Part shown: positions 13,766 to 24,874 of the stretch, one piece after another | Position numbering within the stretch: position 1 is the stretch's first letter | Layout: every line of letters starts with the position of its first letter | From: Mytilus edulis | Taxonomy: Eukaryota | NCBI RefSeq assembly: GCF_963676685.1 | Contig: NC_092356.1 | Location: 54,002,001 to 54,066,000 of the forward strand | DNA length: 64,000 nt | Reading direction: 5' to 3' | Position numbers and translations under genes: made by a program | The notes under the pieces: model-generated | What the model saw: only the letters and a program-made list of their open reading frames with translations | Told to the model about the DNA's origin: nothing | The model's database searches: none

Positions 13766-13889
13766 CAGGGACGAATCCAGCCATTTTAAAACGCGGGGGG
13801 TCCAACTATATGTCCCCTTTCAAATGCATTGATCGTCCAAAAAAGGAAGGGTTCCAACCCTCTCAACCCTACCCCTGGATTCGCCACTG
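13766..13889. mobile_element. 124-bp MITE with 5-bp TSD (hAT5-like)
   Basis: TIRs CAGGGACGAATCCAG / CTGGATTCGCCACTG; TSD AACAG at 13761-13765 and 13890-13894. Confidence 0.85.
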
Positions 13890-13974
13890 AACAGAAACAG
13901 ACGAAGACCAGCTATCGGTCAACACAGCGAGAAAATCCCGCACCCGGAGGCGTGCTTTAGTTGGCCCTTAAACA

Positions 13975-14700
13975 AAAAGTAAAATCGCAAAAATACTGAA
14001 CGCCAAGGAAAATTAAAAAAGGAAAGTCCTCAATCAAATGGCAATAATCAAAAATTCAAACACATCAAATGAATGAATAACAACTGTCATATGCCTGACT
14101 TGGTACAGGCATTTGCTTATGTAGAAAATGGTGGATTGAACCAGGTTTTATAGCTAGCTAAACCTCTCACTTGTATGACAGTCGCATCAAATTCCATTAT
14201 ATTGTAACCGATGCGTGAACAAAACAAACAGACACAATAGGTGTAAATGTCAAAAATAGGGGTACAGCAGTCAACATTTTGTTATCATCTTAATCACTAT
14301 AAAAACAACAAATGTAACGAAGAGGCATAAATCAACTTTAACATCCTCAGTTTGCTTATATTATACGATTTTATTTATCTATGTAAAATGCACCCATAAA
14401 GGATGGAAGGTTTTAAGTACTGGTGTAAAATTGCGCGTTTGAAATTCGCACAGGTAAACATAAAATAATTTTGTCGTTTTAAGTATGACGGGATACATAA
14501 ATACAGTCACGTAAAAAAGATATAACAAAAAACAGACTTAACAGTACAAGTAATAATAATGAATAAAATAATAGTGAAGTTCAAAGTATGACGGGATACA
14601 TAAGTACAGAGGTACGTCAAATGTATATCACAAAAACCAGACTCAACAGTAAAAGTAATATTCATAAATAAAATAATTTCGTCATTCAAAGTATTACAAG
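13975..14700 (-). mobile_element. Abundant interspersed retro-type repeat (family B) carrying a twister-like motif
   Basis: 13975-14120 recurs at 48990-49140; 14190-14310 recurs in reverse complement at ~22500-22620. Confidence 0.7.
14083..14182 (-). ncRNA. Putative P5-type twister-ribozyme-like RNA
   Basis: Minus strand reads ACUGUCAUA CAA GUGA G AGGU ... C|AA UCC AC CAUUU..AAAUG CCUG UACCAAGU CAGG CA UAUGACAGU. P5 is 9 bp; P3, P4, T1 (ACC/GGU) and T2 (AC/GU) can all pair; P1 is atypical. Confidence 0.55.
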
Positions 14701-14778
14701 ATACATAGGCCAGGTATACAGAGGAATAACATGCTACAAAGAGGAACAGGTGATCAGTATGCAGAATGTCTTGTTACA

Positions 14779-14910
14779 AATATATTTGTTTAATTAGGAT
14801 GCAGAAAATTTCAACATATTGTCGACATTCCTATTGGATCGAACTGTGCACCTGTTCTTGCCGAAGTTTTCTTATGTTCATATGACTCGGAGTTCCATCA
14901 GACACTTCCA
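14779..14910 (+). pseudogene. Penelope-like element RT remnant
   Basis: Translates NIFV*LGCRKFQHIVDIPIGSNCAPVLAEVFLCSYDSEFHQTL, matching the PLE motif FQQxVGIPMGTxCAPLLADLFLYSYExEF. Confidence 0.8.
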
Positions 14911-14949
14911 AAACATTAACTATTTTAACTTCTCTGATTGAGTTCCATT

Positions 14950-15122
14950 AAAAGAGGGGTGAAAGAAACCAGAGGAACAGTCAAACTCATTGATCGAAAA
15001 GACATACTGACAACGTCATGGCTGAAAAATACAAAAGACAAAGAGACAAATAATAGTATAAAAGAAACAACATAGAAAACTATAAACTAAGCAACACGAA
15101 TCCCATCAAAAACTGGGGGTGA
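14950..15122 (-). mobile_element. Penelope-like 3' terminal fragment
   Basis: AAAGAGGG..GAAAGA.ACCAGAGGAACAGTCAAACTCAT shared with 23740, 35230 and 53143; at 23740 it is contiguous with PLE coding remnant. Confidence 0.7.
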
Positions 15123-17869
15123 CCTCTAGAACTCTAAAATAACTAGAATTTAAGACACAATAGACACCTTAGTGGCAATACCAACCTCATCTGCATATGG
15201 TATATATGAATATATGAAATATATGTGTAACACTTCCAAACGTTTCCATCTCCCCATACGTGTCTGATTTTCCCAAAACTTGTTTATTCTCCCCAAACAT
15301 GTCCCTAATATTTAGAATTTCACAAACTTGTCCGATTTCATAACCCCCCAAACGGGTCAACTGTTAAACGCCTATATGTCGTAAATGTCATCAATAACGT
15401 TTGCGGCAATTATTTGAAAGGGGACACAATTGATGAAGGGTTATTTATTAGCATTAGTTTGTTTAATACCGGTTGTTAATTATTATTATAATTGCATATT
15501 TAACCTGTTACATATAAAATACTTTTTGACTGAAATGTGCATTGTCCAGTTGCATGTATTTCATGATCATTATGACCGAGCAGACAAATAATTTAAGAAC
15601 AGTTGAATAAATTATTTTGTACTGATAAACTCAGATGGTGCCTTTTATATTTTCCCGAATATTGCACGGGATATATGAAGTTTAGGTTTAGAGTATCCTT
15701 AAAGACACACAAACAAGAGATATAACCATGATAACGTCCAGTACCAAATATTTCATGCATTATTTGAACGACATCATGTTAATAAGTAATACTGTAGATA
15801 GTTATTTTTTATCATACCTGGAATTAATGATTGTGCCGCAATTTTTACGGTTATTCGGGATTATCACTACTTGTGATTTAAATATGAAAAATTAAAGAGT
15901 AACGACCGTTATTTTTCAGTAAGACACTACTCTTCTCAATCTCCGTTACACAATACGGTTTTTAAATAAAGTTTTAAAAAAGCTTTCCAAAATATTACTG
16001 GTGGCACCATGAAAGACTGAATTGCTACGAAGGTTTAATTTAGATACGCAGTTGAACGGATATTCTCCATATACGAGGTATCTGATTTAATATCTACAAT
16101 TTAACTGATGCTGCTTATTTTTACATCCAACATAGCCGAACGGACGCCCCCACGATTACATAGGTTATAATGCCGTTTTAAAAAAGACCTATAATACCAA
16201 CGAATTACACTTATCACCGATTTCGTTCATGCATGAAAAACACGACAGGTACCACATGTGATGCAAGATCAGCGAATGTTCCAGAGCTTCTGAAATCATC
16301 CCCGTTTTTGGCGTGCTTCTTGCTGCTCTATCTTTAGTGTTCTGTATTGTGTATTGCTTACTGTTATATCTCTTTTTTTATCAATTTTCGTGGGGTTTGT
16401 TTTCTATGGAATAATCAGTATGTTTTCGACTTCGATTATCAATTGGTTTTTTTTCTGCCTCTTATCAGAAAGTCATTCAACGAAATAATCAATACCAATC
16501 ATATTGCATGGACATGGAGTGGTAACATTTTCAAATTTGTCAAAAGACACATTGATTATCTGACGTTGACGATAGAACACAAAATAAAATATTATTGTTT
16601 TACACGTAAAGCAAACATATATCGGGGTCTTCTATAGCCGACTATACAGTACTGGTTTGTATAATTGCTGAAGGCAGTACTGTTGCACTGAAATATTACG
16701 TTTTAGACCATGGGATATTTTTTTTCACTCGAAAAACATGTACATAAAAAAAACATTTACTTCCCAAAATGAAGATTAACGTTAAACGTAACGGTAATAA
16801 GTAACACAAAATAATGTAGGGTTGGTGATATCTTTTTATTACAAATATTCATTTATCTTCTATGATCTTGTATATAAGGTTCTAGCATCTTTTTACATCT
16901 TGCCAAAAAGGAAATATGTCTGTAAACATTTTTGATCATACTTACTCGACAAAATGAAGGCATACTCGAAAACACACTATCAAATCACTCGAAAAACACG
17001 ATCTCAGTCGTACAATACCTACTGTACAAAAATCAAATTGATAGGCCTGATGAGTGGTGTCACTATACATGTTAAGGTAGATTCACTGGTTACCGCGATC
17101 TTGGATTGTACAAGTCTTACTACAGATTTGCAATTTATGTGTCAGACTGCTTAACTGTAAACAAAAAAAATGGTAATTCATTGAATTCTACAAACTGATT
17201 AAATAAAATCCGTTATTTATGTTTTTACTTGTGGCAAGAAAACAGGTTCGTTGAGGCCATTTTTTCTTTTTATTTTCTTAAAGCATATTATTACACCTAT
17301 CTTCCAATATCTTATTTTAAACTGCTATATCATGGATTTCTTTTTATTTACATCACAGTGTTTTATCGTGAACAGTGTATTCAAATGTGGGCAATTTTGC
17401 ACGATATGTAGCTTGAAAAATAGAACGTTGACCTTTACTTTTATTATATTTTTGAAAAAAATGCATGGAAAAATCTTGATTTTGGTAGTTAACACATTTA
17501 TCGGAGAAAATGTATACCGATCATCCATCTTGAAATAGCGGACGTTCAGGTACAGCATTTTATATCATACCAGCATTTACCAGGTGAAAATATGACATTT
17601 TTCGTATCAAATGTTAAACATTAGATCACACTAAAATAACCCAAGTTATAGGAAAAGAATCCTACCCGTCTTAAGAGATATCAATTTCATACGAATAACA
17701 ATATGTTGTTCATGACAAGTACAGTTTTGGTAATTAATCTCATTTGGTGGTGCCATAATCATTTTTTTTTTATATTTTGAATGCTTCCGGGAATATATCA
17801 ATGACTCCATATTCCATGATAGTCAACCAAACCACGAAGGCATCACTAAAATATCTTTTTTTTTTAAAT

Positions 17870-18000
17870 CATCAATGATACCAGGCTTACATTTGTGACT
17901 CATCAGTGACGCTCGAAACAAAAAAGTAAAAACGCCAAATAAAGTAAAACATTGAAATGCCCTGAAGACCTAAAGTTTCGAACGATTTTGCAATAAACAT
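17870..18000 (-). mobile_element. Degenerate fragment of a hammerhead retrozyme-related repeat
   Basis: Reverse complement contains GAGCGTCACTGATGAGTC (17897-17914), identical to the ribozyme 5' half in the 58.5-59.8 kb array; GAAA half missing. Confidence 0.7.
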
Positions 18001-19052
18001 TCTCTGCATGATGTAGAAAATACGAATCACATCATTATAACACTCTCACGACGATAACCTGACACAGATTGTTTGTTGTTGTTGTTCATTTGTTTTTGTT
18101 TTGTTTTTGTTTTGTTTTTAAAGTAACCTGCTTTGTCAATGCATAACCATTTGACAAAAATGTGGATTTATTTAATTAATGAATAATTGTATAGATGACA
18201 ATCACATTTATGATTTTACAATTGAAAATAAATTTTATGTTTGTATTTTAATGAAGATTTTTGCATGGGATTTTGTGTTTCCTAAGAGAAAAAAATGTTG
18301 TCTTCTTTCAATGTGTTTATTTCGACCTTTTCACAGTTGGAAGGCAGTTTTGTTTCTGTGGTGACTCAAGAGGAATGTGTTTCTCATCTAAGAACTTCAC
18401 TTATAAAATCCACAAACATTCTACACGAATTCGAATTGTATTCAATTATGAAAACAAGTTGTTAGCCTCAATAAAAAAAATCAACGCATTTTAATCAAAA
18501 CAGAAAATACCAAACGAATTTTTGAATGAAAAGCAATATTATGATTATCAATATGTCCTTTAAACCAATGTAAATGGTTTGTGCGAAGTGCACGCTATTG
18601 GGATTTTTAAAAAAATTGTATGCGCCAAATATTCTTTGAACTGCATCTAAATGTAACAAATTGATACCTGTAGCAATCAGCCATCTATACATCATTTAGA
18701 AATGCGTGTAATCTATAAATCTACAAATCAATAAAATAGCACGTACTGTGTCATCTACATAGTCGCGAATCTGCTAGTCTCTTTGCAAGTCTAAATATTG
18801 GTGACATCAGCAATGATCAATTTTACAAATCCTCCAACAAGTCAAGATTATCAAACATATGATGTAGTTTATTTATATTTTTATGCATAAGACAAGTTTA
18901 ATATTATATTTTATGAATTTTTAACCACCATCTGATTTGGGAATAGTTATTTAATCTTTTATTTTTAATGTAATATATCTTAATAATTACTGTATACTTA
19001 ATACTATAAAGATATGTGTATGCTCGGAAACGGGCCCTCAATTTGATTCAAT

Positions 19053-19378
19053 AACAAGAAAGTGTCCACTGTATACGGATGCCCCACTCGCACTATCAAT
19101 TTCTATGTTTAATGGACCGTGAAATTGGAATAAATTCTCTAATTTGGCATTAAAATTAGAAAGATCATACCATAGGGCACATGTATACTAAGTTTCAAGT
19201 TGATTGGACTTCAACTTCATCAAAAACTACCTTGACCAAAAACTTTAACCTGAAGCGGGACAAACGGACGAAGAAACGGACGGACGAACGAACAGACGGA
19301 CGAACGAACGGACGGACGAACGAACGCACAGACCAGAAAACATAATGCCCCTCTACTATCGTAGGTGGGGCATAAAAA
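19053..19378 (+). mobile_element. HINE/DINE-1-like element
   Basis: AACAAG start, (GACG/GAAC)n microsatellite 19264-19327, 3' hairpin ATGCCCC..CTAC..GTAG..GGGGCAT followed by an A-run. Confidence 0.8.
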
Positions 19379-19610
19379 TTATAATAATTATTCTTATTCA
19401 TATCACCGCTATTTTTGCGCCGTTGATGGATACCCACACTTATTATAATATTTGATATTTACTATAGACAATGTTGACGCCCCTAGCACATGTGATTGTT
19501 GAATGAAGTCAGTTGTTCAAGTTTCGCAAATTATCACATTAAATGCAGCAGATTCTTAACCAGCAATAAAGTCTATAAAGATAACTAGCAGATGTTTGTT
19601 TCTACATCAA

Positions 19611-21229
19611 CTAGAACACACCCGCGAAATCGCGGGGAAATAGAACGTATGTTAACTGTAAAAAAAAATAACGGGAGAATTCCAGAAGAGGTATCAAAAG
19701 TCAAAGGTACTTGGGGACTGGGCACATTTTTTTTTGCCCTCCCCCTTTTTTCCAAATGCCGATTTTTATTCTTACTGTTTTTCTGTATACTATGAACATA
19801 CATATACATATTTACTATAGTTACTATATAAAACGGCCACTGATATATTAAAAGTCACCCCAGTAAACTATTGGAATTTATAGTAAATTATAGCAAATTT
19901 ATTCAATTTATTCATAGTATATATGTGTAGTATACCGAAATATTTCAGTGACCCCCATGGATAGAAAACTATTGGAATTGATAATATATATAAATAGCAA
20001 ATACACTTAAAAGTTTATCTTTAGTATATGTATGATCATAGTATACAGAAAAACTCAAAAAATAATTGTTCTGTCACTAAAACTTTTGCAAATTATGTTT
20101 AATTTCAAAACAGACCTAAAGGGCAGCGGAATTCTTTTATATTTCTCAAAAGTCAGTCCGATGACGGAAACAATATATAGACGTCTATAATTTCGTTTTC
20201 CTCGCAAAATACCCCAAACTAAAATACTTTAAGCAAGGATGGTAAATGCTAGAACACACCCGCGAAATCGCGGGCATCCAGACCGTGGTTGAAAGTATGT
20301 AAAGTGTTGTAGGATGAATTTTTGAAGAAAAAAAAATAATGACTGGAGAATTTCAGGAAAGGCAATAAAAGTTATAGGTACTTGGGGACGGGACAATTGT
20401 TTCTTCAACCCCTTTCTTCTTTTTTCCCCAAAATTCCAATTTTTTGTTTTCTATTTATTTCAATATGAACATAAGTTTAGTATGTTATGAACATATATTA
20501 CTATAAATAAAGTGTGTTTGCTTTTTACTATCAATTCTCAGTTAAGTAATCAATCCACGGCGGTCATTGATATTTTGTATAGACCCTCTTTATTCAATAT
20601 ACTTAGTGACCCGATGAATTTTTGTAAACGTTTTATGACTGAAGAATTTCAGAAAAGGTATCAAAAGTTACATGTTCTTTCGGACATGACAATTGTTGTT
20701 CTAGCCCGGCTCCTATTTTTTCCCTCCAAAACTATTATAATTTGTTTTTCTATTGATTTCAATAATATGTTTAGCGTTTATCTGTATATTATGAACATAC
20801 ATTACTATAAATAAAGTGTATTTGCTTTTTCCTATCAACTCTCAATTTATTAATCGATCCACGGCGGTCATTGACATATTATATAGACCTTCTCTATTTA
20901 ATAAACTCGGTGACCGTCGTGTAGTAAACTTGAAAATGATAGCAGATAGCAAATACACGTTGTTCATAGTCTTTGATATGTACAAAGTACAGAAAAAACG
21001 CAAACCGTATGTCTAGTCTGACTTAAAATTTCGTCAAATGACAGAAAAATATCCGGACGCAGTTTTTTTCGTTTTTCTCCCAAAATAACCCAACCTGAAT
21101 AATCATAAGAATGGATGACAAATGAGACGATACATGGTACCTTAAGGACACAGAGGCATGATTATTAATTTATTGTGGAAGGAAGAGAAGCGACACACAA
21201 AATGAGGTCTTCTCGTTTAATAGTGTAGA
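19611..21229 (-). mobile_element. Non-autonomous Helitron with two 3' termini
   Basis: Minus strand A|TCTACACTATTAAACG ... CCCGCGATTTCGCGGG-TGTGTT-CTAG|T; a second hairpin plus CTAG at 20249-20275. Confidence 0.85.
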
Positions 21230-22111
21230 TAAGTAAATAAAAGCTTCATGTCAATCTTTTAAAAATCCTTTAAGGGTGTTTACTATTATATTCCTGTTAA
21301 TAAAAAGACAGAAACATCTAGTCAATAACATCATTGAAAACTCATAGCTTTCGAAATCAAAATTGTGACAATTTTAAGCTATAATACAGTAATGACAGAA
21401 ATAGAACGAAACTGATTAAGAATGGGGTGGTGCTCAAATAGCTATAGAACGAACATGTGTTCTTGGTTTATATGAACTTACACTTGATAAAACAGATATT
21501 ATCGTCTGGGCAAGAATATACATTTGAGGTTCTAAGACAATGCTCTTATACTCATTCTTTAACCACAAAAACATATGACGGAAAAAAGCCTTTTAAAACG
21601 TTGACTTATTAATTAGAAAAACCGCACAAATGATCAAAATGTGCCTCCACTATAGCAGGAGACTTTAATCTCCCTGTTGGCATTGGAGCAATATGTCATC
21701 AAAACCCATTGCAAGTTAATTACACCTTCATTATTCCTTCAACACACCTCGACGACAAATGCGTCATCCAAAGTGTGGATGATTTTACACGTGCAGTTAA
21801 ATATCCTGAAACTCCCTCATGGACACCTACCAAATAATGTGTTAACGATATACTCAGTTTATCCGATCATGACATTAAATGGGTGACCTGAACGTGCAAC
21901 AGCTCTCCCATAGATTGAAATGGAAAATAAAAGGTTTATTCAAAAAGCAGACAAAATCTTAAAAAAATATACAAATGATAAATCAACTAGCAATTTGTAA
22001 AAACAGGCTTTGTTTAATGTAAGAAAACATCATGCACATTGCATTTAGGTTATGATTGATTACTAAGTAAAAATAAGATATCAGCAATTTGGCTTCCTAG
22101 GCTGCATCAGA

Positions 22112-22192
22112 ATCTATGACAAACTAGACGATTTTAACTTTGAAATTATCAATTTCCCCCACCTTTGTAGCAATATAACAACTTCACCTGCC
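22112..22192 (+). pseudogene. Penelope-like RT C-terminal remnant
   Basis: IYDKLDDFNFEIINFPHLCSNITTSPA resembles PLE LYDKRDDFNFxIVNFPFLxSNIPxSPA. Confidence 0.8.
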
Positions 22193-23739
22193 GAAGTCCA
22201 ACGGAAGATACTAAGACCTTGTACAAGATTAATATTCCGTATCAACTTCACAAATAACACACGATGGTCTTGAAGTAAAGATTCTAGATACTGACGTTGT
22301 TTATCGTCTTTATTACGTATTATAGTGTTCTTTTATTTCTAAATTATTACTTTTATTGTTAAGTCTATTGCTGGTATTAACCATTTGACGTGGTTCGTTC
22401 CTTATACATCCTGTCATTGTGTTATTGTGCTATCGTAAAGTTTTGTATTCTTGTCTTTTGTTTCTGCTAATATTCTTTTCCTTTTTTTTCTTTGTTGATG
22501 TATTTGTTTTTATAGTGATTAAGATAATAACACAATGTTGACGGTTAGACTTCTATTTTTGACATTTTCACCTAGTATGTCTATTTGTTTTGTACACACA
22601 ACGTTGTCAAGATAATTGAATCAAAATGCGATAACTAACTTGACAACGCAATGAGTTGGAAAGAAGAATAATGTAGAAGTCAGATTTGACGAACGAATAG
22701 TTATAAAATCATTGTTTGTTTACACCTTATATCTAGCTGAGAACCTCCTTGTTGTATCATATACTTCATGATAGTTAAGCTGAGCTATCAAAATGCGATA
22801 ACAAACTTGATAACGCAAAGAGTTGGAAAGAAGAATTACTGTAGAATTCCAATTTGACGAACGAACCGTTATAAAATCATAATCTATAGTGCACCTGTTT
22901 TATAATTATATACAGACTTTTGGTGAATCATTCCTCGTGATTGATGTGCATCATAAATAAAGTATGCACTGCAATGAAATATAGGATTAATTAACTACAA
23001 CTGCCAAATTCAAGGGAATATTTTTCGGATGTGACGTACTATAATTTGGTGATATTTCACCTATACTTTATATTGATTTGCCATTAACAGCATTACAGAT
23101 TCCACTAGTGGAGTAGAAACACCGTAGAAATATAGGTCACTTGAATTTTAAGGTGTTTATTTTCTTCTTCCCTAGTTTTCTGTGCATTGTGTTGGCGACT
23201 AATCTTTATAAGTTTGTTACTGAGTTTTAATTCTTTGTATCTTCCCACTGTTTAAATATGCGCACCAAATTCTTTATAACTTATCAAAATTAATCCTGAT
23301 CAGCCTGGCTTTAACTGGAATTATAATCGGCAATATGATGTTTTGTCCAGTGGAAATCAAAACAAGTTGGTTTCATGATGTTTTGGAAACAAACAAATGA
23401 CCAATACCAAATCAGTAATAGAGAATATATGCTTTAGCAGTAATAATAAAACCCTTCAGTATCTTATGCTTTCCTGATTAGACCATTTTCATATTACCAA
23501 CTTTTAGCTCCGGGTTCTACAATTATTCGACAGGTTACCTATTCTGAGGTGGGACATCCTAGTTCTCGTTCAATTACGAGCAACAAAAGTTAAGTCAAAT
23601 AAATGATCGGTGCAGTTTTGGGGGAAATTTACTTTTTTCCGATGATTTAATCAAGTTGAAAGCATTTAAAAACTTTACTTTCCCTCAAAATTGTACCAAT
23701 TAAATTCTTGAATATACTGATTAACGTTGCTCTTGCGTA

Positions 23740-24170
23740 AAAGAGGGGCGAAAGATACCAGAGGAACAGTCAAACTCATCAATCGAAAACAAACTGACAA
23801 CGTCATGGCTAAAAATGAAAACGACAAACAGACAAATAACAGCACACAAAAAAACAACATAGAAAACTAAAGACAGCAACACGAACCCCAACAAAAACGG
23901 GGGGTGAGCTCAGGTGCTCCGAAATGGTAGGCAGATCCTGCTCCACATGTGGCACCAGTCGTGTTGCTCATGTTATGACAGACCCGGTAAATAGTCTAAT
24001 TCGGTAGGTAACATTCATGAAAAGGGAGGGGGATTGTAGTTACGAAGCAAGAAATATATCTGATATCATCTGTTAAACGGTTATTCCATAACGGTCAACC
24101 AACTCGTGATGACGTCCGTAAAATTTACGAAGGGATGATTTCAACTTTACCATTTGGAACTCTTGGTGTA
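23740..24170 (-). mobile_element. Penelope-like element 3' end
   Basis: Minus strand encodes VKLKSSLRKFYGRHHELVDRYGI followed by the same 3' tail as 60000-60310. Confidence 0.8.
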
Positions 24171-24459
24171 AGCATGACCGAGTACCAGGATGTCCAACCA
24201 CAGAGAAGGTAACCTGTCGAAAAAATATTAAATTCGGAGTCAAAAGTCGGTAAAATGAAAATGGACTATTGAATTACAAAAACTCGATTATCAATATATA
24301 AAATTATTAAGAGGGTGTGATAAACAAACGTGCGATCTTTAATAGTGTGAACAAAATATGGATAGTAAATCCGGCAAATTGTAACAAACCCCTGTGCCCT
24401 GATGCTACATTGCACAAATTGTTCGGCAAATTGAATTTTAATAATTGACGATTGATACG

Positions 24460-24740
24460 GTGCTTTTTGTCCGCAATTCGCTTTTTGTCCGCTTTTGCTT
24501 TTTGTCCGATAATTTTGCTTTTTGTCCGAAACTTTTGCTTTTTGTCCGTTGCTTTTTGTCCGTTTTGCCTTTTGTCCGATTATTTTGCTTTTTGTCCGAA
24601 ACTTTTGCTTTTTGTCCGTTGCTTTTTGTCCGTTTTGCCTTTTGTCCGATTATTTTTCTTTTTGTCCGAAACTTTTGCTTTTTGTCCGTTGCTTTTTGTC
24701 CGTTTTGCTTTTTGTCCGATAATTTTGCTTTATGTCCGAT
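24460..24740 (+). repeat. Modular GCTTTTTGTCCG repeat with 70-bp higher-order unit
   Basis: Units start at 24511, 24581, 24651 and 24721, each made of four GCTTTTTGTCCG-type monomers. Confidence 0.9.
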
Positions 24741-24874
24741 ATAAAATGTGTATATTTTTGGCAGGTTTCATTTTGAACTTCAAACTACCATGTCCTTTTA
24801 GGAGTTAAATACAGACCATACTCACATTATAAATGATTTGTACATGAAATTTCATGTCTTTTACAATATATCGC

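Noticed and set aside
24445-24808. F/C/L-rich ORFs here and at 34218-34516, 47170-47638 and 48022-48672
   Set aside because: Translations of tandem repeats open in several frames, with unit lengths generally not multiples of three.
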